Positions 17,856 to 26,605 of a DNA stretch of 64,000 nucleotides are shown piece after piece (position 1 is the stretch's first letter; each line of letters starts with the position of its first letter). A program made the position numbers and the translations under genes. The stretch spans positions 1,592 to 65,591 of the forward strand of contig CBFGJT010000006.1 of NCBI GenBank assembly GCA_965649165.1. Direction: 5' to 3'. The stretch comes from a candidate division WOR-3 bacterium (lineage in GTDB: Bacteria > Hydrothermota > Tepidihabitantia > Tepidihabitantales > Tepidihabitantaceae). The notes under the pieces are model-generated. The model saw only the letters and a list, made by a program, of their open reading frames with translations. It was not told the DNA's origin and did no database searches.

Positions 17856-18902
17856 TTACTTTGTGCCTCCCGACCTTACCACCCCGGTCCGGTCCTGATT
17901 AACCCGCAGATCAATCTTCCGATCCGGCAGAAAACAGCTGAGCAGCCAGATGTTGGTCTCCAGATGGCCGGTAACCCCGCTCGTCGTGAAGGTGAACGGC
18001 ACATTCCGCAGCAGCAGAAAAATCAGGCACTGGTCCGCGAGATGGGGATCAAGGGCGCAGCCGGTCCTCTCGTGGGCAGCAAACTGCTCATAAACCTCAT
18101 CCGCCACCGCCTCAGCCGGCTTTCCCTTTCTGCCCAGCGCCGAGAAACCGACGGTGATCCGTTCGTATTCCGCCTCCAGGTACAGATAGGTCCCGGGACA
18201 GTCTGCCGGCACCTCCCGCAGCTCAGCGTCAAAGGCTGCTTTTTTCAACCGCATGCCCAACCGTTTAAGCTGACGCTCGGCAATGCTTGCCGGCAGCTGG
18301 CTTACCGCCGAGACAATTTTTATCCCTTTGAGTCTGCCCGGTTCAGCAAGCTCAATACGGTCTGTGCCCGGCGGCTGCGCCGGCATGGTCCTGAGCACAA
18401 CCTCACCACCTCCTGCTGGATAAAATCCGGCCCGGCACAGCCGGGCTTCAGCCCAGCATCCCAAATTCCTAATAAATGGAATTACCACCTGCGCAAGATA
18501 TTCATAAACCGGGCTGAACGGGACATGGGTTCCACCCCGCAAAGTTGCCGTGCAGGGTTGGGAAGCAAAAAGCATAATTGGCATAGCTGTCTGAGCAACC
18601 AGAGTTACTGCGCCGGCGCTCCCGGTTTCTCCGGCAACATCCACGACCAAATTCCCCGCCTGAATTGCCCCGGGCTCAAAAACCAGCGCGGTCGAGCCGA
18701 GCACGCCGCCGCGGACCCGGGCATTACACAGCTCTGCTGCTGCCCGGACTGAAGCGAGGTGCTGAGGCATCAATCCGGGCTTGGGTCGGCCTGCCCGGAT
18801 ATTTCTGATGCTAAAACCCTTGCCCAGAATTGCACTCAGGGCGAGTGCGGTCCGCAAAATCTGGCCCCCACCGGACCCGTAACCGCCGTCAATCTCGAGC
18901 AT
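17856..18902 (-). CDS. rtcA: RNA 3'-terminal phosphate cyclase
   Basis: 348 aa. The N-terminus MLEIDGGYGSGGGQILRTALALS is typical of RtcA. Confidence 0.9.
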   Translation of the reverse strand: MLEIDGGYGSGGGQILRTALALSAILGKGFSIRNIRAGRPKPGLMPQHLASVRAAAELCNARVRGGVLGSTALVFEPGAIQAGNLVVDVAGETGSAGAVTLVAQTAMPIMLFASQPCTATLRGGTHVPFSPVYEYLAQVVIPFIRNLGCWAEARLCRAGFYPAGGGEVVLRTMPAQPPGTDRIELAEPGRLKGIKIVSAVSQLPASIAERQLKRLGMRLKKAAFDAELREVPADCPGTYLYLEAEYERITVGFSALGRKGKPAEAVADEVYEQFAAHERTGCALDPHLADQCLIFLLLRNVPFTFTTSGVTGHLETNIWLLSCFLPDRKIDLRVNQDRTGVVRSGGTK

Positions 18903-19626
18903 GGCGTTTAAGGATGCTTAACATCTGCCGGGCATTCGCCAGCATGTGCTGATCGTTATTGAAGAACACATAAACTGCATTGGGTGCTACAGACATAATC
19001 CGTCCGGCAATCTCCCTCAACTCCGCTGGTGTGTAGTCGTGCCTATACCATCCGGTTCGGCCATGCAGGCGCAGATAAACCGCTCCGCTGGTGCAGAATA
19101 TCGTCGAGGGCAACCCGCTTGAAAGCGGTGCATCAACTGAAACCAGAGAAATTCCCAGCTCCTGTGCCCATTTCTCGGTTTCAACGGTGTGCCAGGCAGC
19201 ATTGCGAAACTCCAGCGCCAGTCGGCTGCCGAGGCCGGCCTTCCGGATAAATTCTTCAATCCGGCTTCTTGATCGCGTGGCGAGCGTTGGCGGTAACTGA
19301 AACAGGTAGAAATCGATCCACCGGCTCAGCGGTGTAAAAAGGTCGGCAAAACGTTGCCAGACCTCAAGAGCTGCAGCATTGAACTGATGGACATGGGTCA
19401 CCAGCCGGCTGACCTTGACCGCCCAGCGCAATGGTGTACCCTTCCTTGCCCAGGATTTGATCTGATTGGGAAACGGAAAGCGGTAAAATGAGGCATTCAA
19501 CTCCACCGCATTCAGCCCTGAATTTGCCTCATACCAGTCAAGGGTGCGTTCAGGGTTCCAGCTGTAAAACCAGCCTGATGTCCCCACCCGGATCTGCACA
19601 GCAAATTTTAAATCGGTTATCTGCAA
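18889..19626 (-). CDS. DUF72 (YecE-like) family protein
   Basis: 245 aa with the VGTSGWFYSWNP motif. Its 3' end overlaps the rtcA start by 14 nt. Confidence 0.8.
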   Translation of the reverse strand: MQITDLKFAVQIRVGTSGWFYSWNPERTLDWYEANSGLNAVELNASFYRFPFPNQIKSWARKGTPLRWAVKVSRLVTHVHQFNAAALEVWQRFADLFTPLSRWIDFYLFQLPPTLATRSRSRIEEFIRKAGLGSRLALEFRNAAWHTVETEKWAQELGISLVSVDAPLSSGLPSTIFCTSGAVYLRLHGRTGWYRHDYTPAELREIAGRIMSVAPNAVYVFFNNDQHMLANARQMLSILKRHARD

Positions 19627-19668
19627 GTGTCAAGCCAACAAAGCGGATTCAGGTCAAAGGTTGTTTGC

Positions 19669-19696
19669 TTGACATATTGACCGATTTGATTAATAT
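19669..19696 (+). promoter_or_regulatory. Sigma-70-type promoter of asnA
   Basis: TTGACA 19669-19674, 16-nt spacer, TAATAT 19691-19696. An AGGAG Shine-Dalgarno sequence lies 7 nt before ATG 19747. Confidence 0.45.
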
Positions 19697-19746
19697 GTAT
19701 ATATCATTTACCCGTGTAACTTACAAAAAAACAAAGGAGTTATGCT

Positions 19747-20991
19747 ATGTTGAAGAAAAAGGCGAAAAAGACGGTCAAAAGGGTGGCAAAAAAACCGGCG
19801 GCTAAAAAGGCACCGAAGAAAACTGCCACCCGAAAAAAAACGGCCCGTAAGCTAGACCTCCTTGCCCAGAAACGGGCAGACCTTGCCGGTCCTGGTGTCG
19901 GCACATATGAAGAGGTGGAAAAAATTCTGCCGTCCGACTACCGGCCGTTGCTGCCGCCGCTGCAGCGGATGGACGCCCTGTTTGCGGTCAAGGAGTATAT
20001 CGAGAAAAACCTCTGCCGCGAACTCAATCTCCATATGGTCCAGGTGCCGCTGATTGTCGAACGCGAGTCCGGGGTCAACGACTATCTTGACCGCGACGGC
20101 TCGCGCACTCCGGTTGAATTCCCGTGCGGTCTCGGAATTTCACCGCGTATCAATGCTCAGATTGTTCAGGCTGCCACCAAATGGAAGCGGCTTGCCCTAG
20201 CCCAGTTTGGCTGCAAGGTTGGTGAAGGGATTTGTACTGATATGCGGGCAGTGCGCAAGGACTACTTCCTTGATCATGACCACTCCTCCTATGTTGACCA
20301 GTGGGACTGGGAGAAGGTAATCACCGCGGAAGACCGCAACCTCGAATATCTGAAGGATACTGTAAGAAAAATCTGGAAGGTGATTGTTGGTGCCGCTCAC
20401 CTGGTGCAGGAAAAATTTCCCGCACTGCGCACTGATAAATATCCCCCGATTCCTGAGGAACTGATGTTCATCCATGCGGAGGAAATTCTTGAGCGCTATC
20501 CGGACCTCCCCCGCAAACAGCGGGAGACCAGACTGCTACAGGAGGTTGCGCCGGCGGTGTTCATCATCGGCATCGGCTATCCGCTCAAGGATGGTCTGCC
20601 GCATGAAATGCGCGCTGCTGATTATGATGACTGGATTACCGATACCTCCCACTGGACCGGCAAGGAAACCCACGGATTGAACGGTGACATCCTCGTTTGG
20701 AACCCGGTTACCCGGCGCCGGCACGAACTGACCTCAATGGGCATCAGGGTAACCAAGGAAACGCTGGTCCAGCAGCTGAAAATGGCCGGACAGGAACACT
20801 TCCTGAAACTGCCTTATCATCAGGCGATTTTGAACGACCGAGTACCGCTCTCAATCGGGGGGGGCATCGGTCAGTCGCGCACCTATATGTATCTGCTGCG
20901 CACCGCAGCGCTGGGCGAGGTTTCGGTTACCGTCTGGCCCAAGGTGCTTAAGGAGATGTGCGCCAAGCGCAACATTATCTTCCTCGAATAA
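19747..20991 (+). CDS. asnA: Aspartate-ammonia ligase (asparagine synthetase A) with lysine-rich N-terminal extension
   Basis: AsnA motifs DQWDWEKV, LNGDILVWNPV, SMGIRV and GGGIGQSR. The first 35 aa contain 15 K and 3 R. Confidence 0.9.
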   Translation: MLKKKAKKTVKRVAKKPAAKKAPKKTATRKKTARKLDLLAQKRADLAGPGVGTYEEVEKILPSDYRPLLPPLQRMDALFAVKEYIEKNLCRELNLHMVQVPLIVERESGVNDYLDRDGSRTPVEFPCGLGISPRINAQIVQAATKWKRLALAQFGCKVGEGICTDMRAVRKDYFLDHDHSSYVDQWDWEKVITAEDRNLEYLKDTVRKIWKVIVGAAHLVQEKFPALRTDKYPPIPEELMFIHAEEILERYPDLPRKQRETRLLQEVAPAVFIIGIGYPLKDGLPHEMRAADYDDWITDTSHWTGKETHGLNGDILVWNPVTRRRHELTSMGIRVTKETLVQQLKMAGQEHFLKLPYHQAILNDRVPLSIGGGIGQSRTYMYLLRTAALGEVSVTVWPKVLKEMCAKRNIIFLE

Positions 20992-21010
20992 ATCGCTTTA
21001 AAAAGAAAAA

Positions 21011-21036
21011 GCCGGCACCCGGGTGCCGGCTTTTTT
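21011..21036. terminator. Bidirectional rho-independent terminator
   Basis: Stem GCCGGCAC/GTGCCGGC flanked by an A-run (21006-21010) and TTTTTT (21031-21036). Confidence 0.7.
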
Positions 21037-21168
21037 CTATATAAAATTGGCGAGGGTCACTGTAGGTCCAGTTACGCGGCAATTACGTTGACCGAGCCGT
21101 TGTAGTGTACCGGGCCTACGTGCCCTCATTAATTAGATTACCAAAAATTTTTAGAGTTTCAAGTAAAT

Positions 21169-22470
21169 TCAACCGGTTATTATGAGCCGGGAAAACCGGC
21201 GGAAGCGACCCACCGTAACCTCAAGATTGTAAACCCCGGGCTCCACCGGCTTTAACTCCAGCCTTTGAACGCCGCAGCCCAGTTGACCGCAGTCAATCGC
21301 CTGAACCACCCGGCCTGCAGGATCAATAAGCCGGATCTTAACCGGCGCCGGTCTGCCCAGCCTGACGGTCAGACCGGCCCGTCCGGAAATCAGCGTTGGG
21401 ACGACATTGCACACCGGCGGCACATCGACCCCAGCCAGCTCGTTAACCCCAACCCCATTCCGAGTGTGGACAAGCATAGAGTCAATGGTGGTGTTGCCCG
21501 CAACATCGGCCGCCCGGACAATTACCCAGTAGCCGGCATCACCGAGCAGACCGGTTGACCACCTGCCAGCGGTGTCTGTTGCTTCGATAATAGAATCACC
21601 GTCGGTGTTGGTAATGATAAAATAGTACTGGCGTGAGTAATAATCACCTCGGGATCGGCAGACATTATCAGTTTTATAAACAACATTGACCAGTGCACCA
21701 TCAAGCAGGTTGGAAAACTGCACCGATAAAGTCCAGGGCACAACCACCAGCCCGTCTTCGCGGCGGATCATGTATTCAATCTGATAAGGTGCCAGCCGGT
21801 CCCAAATCTGATTGCCCGAGCTAAAGCCGGTGCGGTCAAAAATCCGGACGATGATATCCACATTACCGTTGAGCGAATCCGGATGGAGATACCGGTTGTT
21901 CTGATTGTCCGGGCAAAAGGCAAAACGCCAGCTAGCACGGGCGTTTTCAAATACCGGTGGCTCCAGATCGGTATTCGGGTTCAGCTCCAAGAGCGGGTTC
22001 TGTACAAACCACCAAGTCGGGCTGGGAAATCGCTGCCAGGTTGCACCAGTGTCAGAAATCCGCGCAAAGTGAATGTGATCAAATGAGGAATTAATTGGCC
22101 AGGCAACGAGATAACCGATAATGTCCCCTGCCGCAACCTGCTCACCAAGATTCTTATGATACCGGTCCGGGTCAATATGAGCATAAAGCCAGCCTTCTGC
22201 CCTGCCGGTAAAGGTCAAGGGTGAATCACAGACCGCAATCCGGTAATGCAGCTCCGCCTGAATTGTGCCCCACGCCTTAACCCAGCCCGGCGCTACCGCC
22301 CGCACCTCTACCCCTGAGGTATCCGGTGTCAATATGTCAATCCCATTATGAAAATAGGCGCCACCGCCATAATCCTGAAACTCACCCCAGTTGTTTCCTA
22401 TGGGATGCACCTGATTTTCTGGAGGCACCGGCCAGAAAATGGAGATACAGCACAATAAAATCTGCACCAT
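21169..22470 (-). CDS. M23-like metallopeptidase with T9SS-type C-terminal domain
   Basis: HxxxD (FHNGID) and HxH (DHIHF) LytM-type motifs. The C-terminus ends GVYNLEVTVGRFRRFSRLIITG. Confidence 0.6.
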   Translation of the reverse strand: MVQILLCCISIFWPVPPENQVHPIGNNWGEFQDYGGGAYFHNGIDILTPDTSGVEVRAVAPGWVKAWGTIQAELHYRIAVCDSPLTFTGRAEGWLYAHIDPDRYHKNLGEQVAAGDIIGYLVAWPINSSFDHIHFARISDTGATWQRFPSPTWWFVQNPLLELNPNTDLEPPVFENARASWRFAFCPDNQNNRYLHPDSLNGNVDIIVRIFDRTGFSSGNQIWDRLAPYQIEYMIRREDGLVVVPWTLSVQFSNLLDGALVNVVYKTDNVCRSRGDYYSRQYYFIITNTDGDSIIEATDTAGRWSTGLLGDAGYWVIVRAADVAGNTTIDSMLVHTRNGVGVNELAGVDVPPVCNVVPTLISGRAGLTVRLGRPAPVKIRLIDPAGRVVQAIDCGQLGCGVQRLELKPVEPGVYNLEVTVGRFRRFSRLIITG

Positions 22471-22766
22471 GATTTTATTGTACTGAAAACTGAAACCTTT
22501 GTCAAATTAAAACTTATGATTAATATACGTATACTTAAAATAAGATATCTTAAATAAATTATACATCAAATTACTATTTTTATATCTTTTGCTGTTTATG
22601 TTGGTGTGGTGGGTTTGGGTACAAATTGTTTAACATTATTAGTTACATAAAATTAGTGAAATCTGATTATGTGGATTATATGAGAGTGTTTTGTGGGTGT
22701 TTGTTTACAAAACGATAGCAGCAAGAATATTAACATGGTTATCCACCGTTTTACTAACAGATTATC
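22471..22766. other. Probable oriC segment (AT-rich unwinding region plus DnaA boxes) immediately downstream of dnaA
   Basis: A 296-bp non-coding stretch that is conspicuously AT-rich. DnaA-box-like 9-mers are TTATCCACC (22739-22747) and TGTGGATTA (22670-22678). Confidence 0.6.
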
Positions 22767-24110
22767 CTAACCGCTCAGTTCCCGGCTCAGTTTATCAAGG
22801 GTGGATGCAAAGGCAGGGTCGCGAGCTTTCAGTTCAGCTATCTTATCAAGGGCGTGCATAACGGTTGTGTGATCCTTACCGCCGACCAGAAATCCAATGT
22901 CCTTAAGTGAAAGGTTGAGCAAGTTTCGCAGCAGATACATTGTGGTCTGCCGGGCAAGCGCCACCCGTTTGGTGCGGATCGGGCTCTTGATATCTACGAC
23001 CGGCACGTGAAAATGTTCTGCAACGGCATTGATGATACGCTGGGCATCAAGCGGCTGTTCGGGCAACACCAGATCCTTAAGCGCCTCATCGGCAAGCTTG
23101 GTGTCCAGCGCTCGGCCGGTCAGTGAATGGAGTGCTATCAGGCGCACAAGCGTCGCTTCAAGCGTGCGGATGTTGGAGCGGACCCTAGCTGCGATGTATA
23201 CCGCAATTTCTTCAGGAAGGTCAAATTTCTCCAGTTTTGCCTTCTGGAGCAAGATTGCCACCCTGGTTTCCAGGTCCGGCGGCTGGATGTCAACGACAAG
23301 CCCGCTGCCGAGCCGGGAAATCAGACGCTCTTGGAGCGTGGGGATGTCTTTGGGTGGACGGTCACTGGTAAACACAACTTGGCTGCCCGCATCCTGAAGT
23401 GCATTAAAGGTATAAAAGATTTCTTCCTGAAGGCTTTCCTTGCCCACGAGGTAATGGATGTCATCAAGCAGCAGCAGGTCCAGCCCGCGGTATTTGTTCT
23501 TAAACTCCACCCGAGTGTTTTTCCCGATCGCCTGGATCAGCTCCAGAAACAAAGCTTCGGCTGGTGTATAGCAGAACCTCAGACCAGGATAGATTGTGAG
23601 TGCGGCGTTCCCGATCGCCTGGAGCAGATGGGTCTTGCCCAGCCCGACTCCGCCGTAAATAAACAGCGGGTTATATGCCCGGCCCAGGTTCTGAGCAACA
23701 TTTTTGGCTGCAGCGCAGGCGAGACGGTTGCCCTCACCGATAATGAAGCTATCAAAGGTGTAGCGCGCCCGCAGCCGGTAGGGCGGGGTTTGAACTGGTG
23801 ACCCTAACTGCTCCGGTGATTTTGCCGGCGGTTCTGATACCGATTGCCCGGTGACAACAAACTCGACTTTGAGGTTTCTTCCCGTGATCTCTTTTAATGC
23901 TAGGAGCAGGTCTGAAAGGTAGTGATGCTTAAGCCAGTCACAGAAAAAACTGTTTGGGACCCCCACCCGGATGACCCCATCAGTGCACTCGACGAGACAG
24001 GTTGGTTTCAGCCAAGCCTCAAACGCTTCAGAGGCAACCCTTGATTTCAACAAACCAAGAACCGAACCCCAGAGATTTTCAACACCCGCACTCATAGACA
24101 AAAAAACCAC
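22767..24110 (-). CDS. dnaA: Chromosomal replication initiator protein DnaA
   Basis: 447 aa. Walker A GGVGLGKTHLL, Walker B LLLLDDIH, and a C-terminal HTH with GGKDHTTVMHA. The start is either GTG 24110 or ATG 24095. Confidence 0.95.
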   Translation of the reverse strand: MVFLSMSAGVENLWGSVLGLLKSRVASEAFEAWLKPTCLVECTDGVIRVGVPNSFFCDWLKHHYLSDLLLALKEITGRNLKVEFVVTGQSVSEPPAKSPEQLGSPVQTPPYRLRARYTFDSFIIGEGNRLACAAAKNVAQNLGRAYNPLFIYGGVGLGKTHLLQAIGNAALTIYPGLRFCYTPAEALFLELIQAIGKNTRVEFKNKYRGLDLLLLDDIHYLVGKESLQEEIFYTFNALQDAGSQVVFTSDRPPKDIPTLQERLISRLGSGLVVDIQPPDLETRVAILLQKAKLEKFDLPEEIAVYIAARVRSNIRTLEATLVRLIALHSLTGRALDTKLADEALKDLVLPEQPLDAQRIINAVAEHFHVPVVDIKSPIRTKRVALARQTTMYLLRNLLNLSLKDIGFLVGGKDHTTVMHALDKIAELKARDPAFASTLDKLSRELSG

Positions 24111-24125
24111 AAATTTTCTTCATAT

Positions 24126-24210
24126 TTATCCACATGTTTTTCCACACGCACTCACTTCGTAAAATCTGTACATAAAATAACATACACAGCCAGCGCCCGG
24201 AGTTTCCACA
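24126..24210. promoter_or_regulatory. DnaA-box cluster upstream of dnaA
   Basis: A perfect TTATCCACA at 24126-24134, TTTTCCACA at 24138-24146 and GTTTCCACA at 24202-24210. Confidence 0.6.
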
Positions 24211-24311
24211 GCAAATCACCAGTTTTACTTCAGATTAGTAAAATATACTACCTTTGCCCTTGCTGGTGTCAAGAATATTAACGCCAAAATCGATAAAAAT
24301 TTATGAAAAAT

Positions 24312-26603
24312 TCAATCCAGGGCGACCGCTTGACCCAGGGCAATGCCGCCATCATTTAAAGGAAACTTCTGGTTGTGATATACTCTGAAACCGGAACAGC
24401 GCAGCCTGCGCACCAGTTCCAGCCGCAACAGACGGTTTTGAAAACTGCCGCCAGAAAGGCAGACCGTCTTTATCTGATTGAGCTCCGCCAACCGGATTAA
24501 TGCCTGGTGAAATGTCCGGACCAGTGTCTGATGGAACCAAAGCGACACCTTTCCTGCCGGAATTCTCAGGCACATTAGCTGAAATACGGTTCGAATTAAA
24601 GGGCAAGGATCCACCAGCAGCATCCCCTGATTGAAACTTAACGCATCAATTTCTGGCAATCTTAATTCTATCGCGCTGCCTGCAGTTAACGCCTCATTCT
24701 CCAGGGCAATTGCCGCCTCACCTTCAAATGATACCCGCTGGCAGACGCCGGTTATTGCTGCCACCGCATCAAACAAACGCCCAAGACTTGAGGTTATAAC
24801 CGGTGCTTGTGCATACACCCGGGAAACTGGCAGTCCCAGCCTCCGGATCGCACCAATTTCAATTCCAGACTGAACGAGATAGCTCACAGCCACCCGAACC
24901 GGATCAGCCAGGTACCCGCCCCCAGCACCATGGCGCAGATAGGCAAGATGACCCAACCGTCTCCAAGTCCGGTCCGGGTTTATCAGCAGAAACTCACACC
25001 CCCAGATTGCCCGGTCCGGTCCGTAACCGGTGCCATCAGCTGCCAGCCCGAGCACCGGACCGCGCAGGCCATGTTCTGCCATTACCGAAAGGATATGGGC
25101 ATAATGATGCTGGACCCTTTTAAGCGGAAGCCGGAATCTCCTGCTCAGGGTTTCTGCCAGCCGAACCGAGCTATAATCCGGATGCAGATCGCAGACCAGC
25201 CTTGCGGGCTTGATCTCCGTCCATTCAATAAGGCGATTCAGCGCTGCAAAAAAGAAACTCTCCGCTGCCGCCGTCCCCAGTTCGCCGATGTGCGGTCCGG
25301 CAAACAGTTTTTCTCCGGCAGCAAGGGCAAAGCTGTTTTTACTGTCCGCCCCCACCGCCAGGGTTGGATGTTTCACGTGAAACATCCTATCCAGGTGCAA
25401 TGGCTGGGGAACATAACCTCGAGACCGGCGAACCATGATTGCATTGGCGGTTTCAGCCTGAATCACTGAATCGTCACACCGGTTGGCAATCTCCCGGTTG
25501 TGCGTGAGCACATAGTCAAAAAATAGCTCTTTGCGATTAAAAAGTTCCTCCTCGGATGCCACAATGGGTTCGTCACTGACATTGGCGCTGGTCATGATCA
25601 AAGCCGGTGATTTAACTTTATTATTTTTTAATGACTTAAAGACTAAGAGGTGAAGCGGGGTATAAGGGAGGAGAATACCGTAAGCAGGGTTATGGGGGGC
25701 AATTAGAGGTGAGAGCCGGATTTTAGTGTGCTTGCGCTTGGGTAAAAGCACAATCGGCGCCGCCGGGGAACATAGAAGCCGAGCAGCACCGGCTGGTAGA
25801 TGGCAGAGGTTTTTTGCGGCGGTCAGGCTTTCCACCATTAAGGCAAATGGTTTTTGGTCTCTCCCCTTCAGCCGACGCAGGCGCCGAACCGCACGATCGT
25901 TTTGGGCATCACAGCACAGATGGAATCCACCTAACCCTTTTATTGCCAATACCTTACCATCAAGAATCAGCTGGGCAGCCTTCTCAATCGGGTCGCCAGC
26001 CATCGGTATCCCTTTTCGGTTCAGGAGTTGAGCTGCAGGTCCGCACTGAGGGCAGGCGATTGGTTCGGCGTGGAAGCGGCGGTTTGGAGGGGAGAGGTAC
26101 TCCTTCTGACACTGGTCACACATCAGAAATTTACGCATGGTAGTGCGTTCCCGGTCATAAGGAAGCTGAAGTATTATTGTATATCTAGGACCGCACTGGG
26201 TGCAATTGATAAATGGATAAAGGTAACGGCGGTTATGCGGATCGATAAGCTCGCGCTTGCAGGCTGAACAGGTCGCAAGGTCGGGTAGGACCTCGACTCC
26301 GGGTTTTGCTGGGGTGGTGGGGCTGGGTATGATGCTAAATTCTGAATAGCGCGGTTTTTTGACAGTTCGGGTCCGGATTTCGGAGATGAGCGCCAGCCGG
26401 GGTGGATGATTTTTAAGCTGGTCCAGAAGCCGATCCGCCCCCTTTCCCTGAGCAAGGATTGTTACACCGGCGCGGGTGTTGGTGACCGTTCCTCTGATGC
26501 CCAGCCTTTTTGCCAGGCGGAAAATATAGGGCCGGAATCCAATACCCTGGACCTGACCGGTGACAGTTATTTCCAGAGTATTAAGTAGTTGACCGCGGAT
26601 AAT
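24312..26603 (-). CDS. hypF: [NiFe]-hydrogenase maturation carbamoyltransferase HypF (full length, non-canonical start)
   Basis: The track ORF (608 aa from ATG 26138) lacks the acylphosphatase domain and first zinc finger. The same frame stays open to 26615 and encodes TGQVQGIGFRPYIF and CSACKRELIDPHNRRYLYPFINCTQCGPR. I propose ATT 26603 as the start. Confidence 0.8.
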   Translation of the reverse strand: MIRGQLLNTLEITVTGQVQGIGFRPYIFRLAKRLGIRGTVTNTRAGVTILAQGKGADRLLDQLKNHPPRLALISEIRTRTVKKPRYSEFSIIPSPTTPAKPGVEVLPDLATCSACKRELIDPHNRRYLYPFINCTQCGPRYTIILQLPYDRERTTMRKFLMCDQCQKEYLSPPNRRFHAEPIACPQCGPAAQLLNRKGIPMAGDPIEKAAQLILDGKVLAIKGLGGFHLCCDAQNDRAVRRLRRLKGRDQKPFALMVESLTAAKNLCHLPAGAARLLCSPAAPIVLLPKRKHTKIRLSPLIAPHNPAYGILLPYTPLHLLVFKSLKNNKVKSPALIMTSANVSDEPIVASEEELFNRKELFFDYVLTHNREIANRCDDSVIQAETANAIMVRRSRGYVPQPLHLDRMFHVKHPTLAVGADSKNSFALAAGEKLFAGPHIGELGTAAAESFFFAALNRLIEWTEIKPARLVCDLHPDYSSVRLAETLSRRFRLPLKRVQHHYAHILSVMAEHGLRGPVLGLAADGTGYGPDRAIWGCEFLLINPDRTWRRLGHLAYLRHGAGGGYLADPVRVAVSYLVQSGIEIGAIRRLGLPVSRVYAQAPVITSSLGRLFDAVAAITGVCQRVSFEGEAAIALENEALTAGSAIELRLPEIDALSFNQGMLLVDPCPLIRTVFQLMCLRIPAGKVSLWFHQTLVRTFHQALIRLAELNQIKTVCLSGGSFQNRLLRLELVRRLRCSGFRVYHNQKFPLNDGGIALGQAVALD

Positions 26604-26605
26604 AC

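Noticed and set aside
17850-18752. 300-aa + strand ORF antisense to rtcA
   Set aside because: rtcA on the minus strand has unmistakable family motifs. The antisense ORF is R/P/Q-rich with no recognisable domain, so it is a shadow ORF.
21053-21125. 73-nt imperfect hairpin (GAGGGTCACTGTAGGTCC ... GGGCCTACGTGCCCTC) that I first took for a tRNA because of its length
   Set aside because: It has no cloverleaf: there is no T-loop GTTCRA, no D-arm, and the acceptor pairing is interrupted. It is most simply a terminator or stabiliser structure for the convergent M23-like gene, lying next to the bidirectional terminator at 21011-21036.
23127-25469. Long + strand ORFs antisense to dnaA (23127-23801, 23029-23397) and hypF (24807-25469, 24803-25123)
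   Set aside because: They are shadow ORFs opposite strongly supported genes. They have no Shine-Dalgarno sequences and an unusual amino-acid composition.
26174-26455. 93-aa minus-strand ORF upstream of the truncated hypF call
   Set aside because: It is off-frame inside the region that, in the hypF frame, encodes the conserved acylphosphatase domain and first zinc finger. The HypF reading explains the DNA better.
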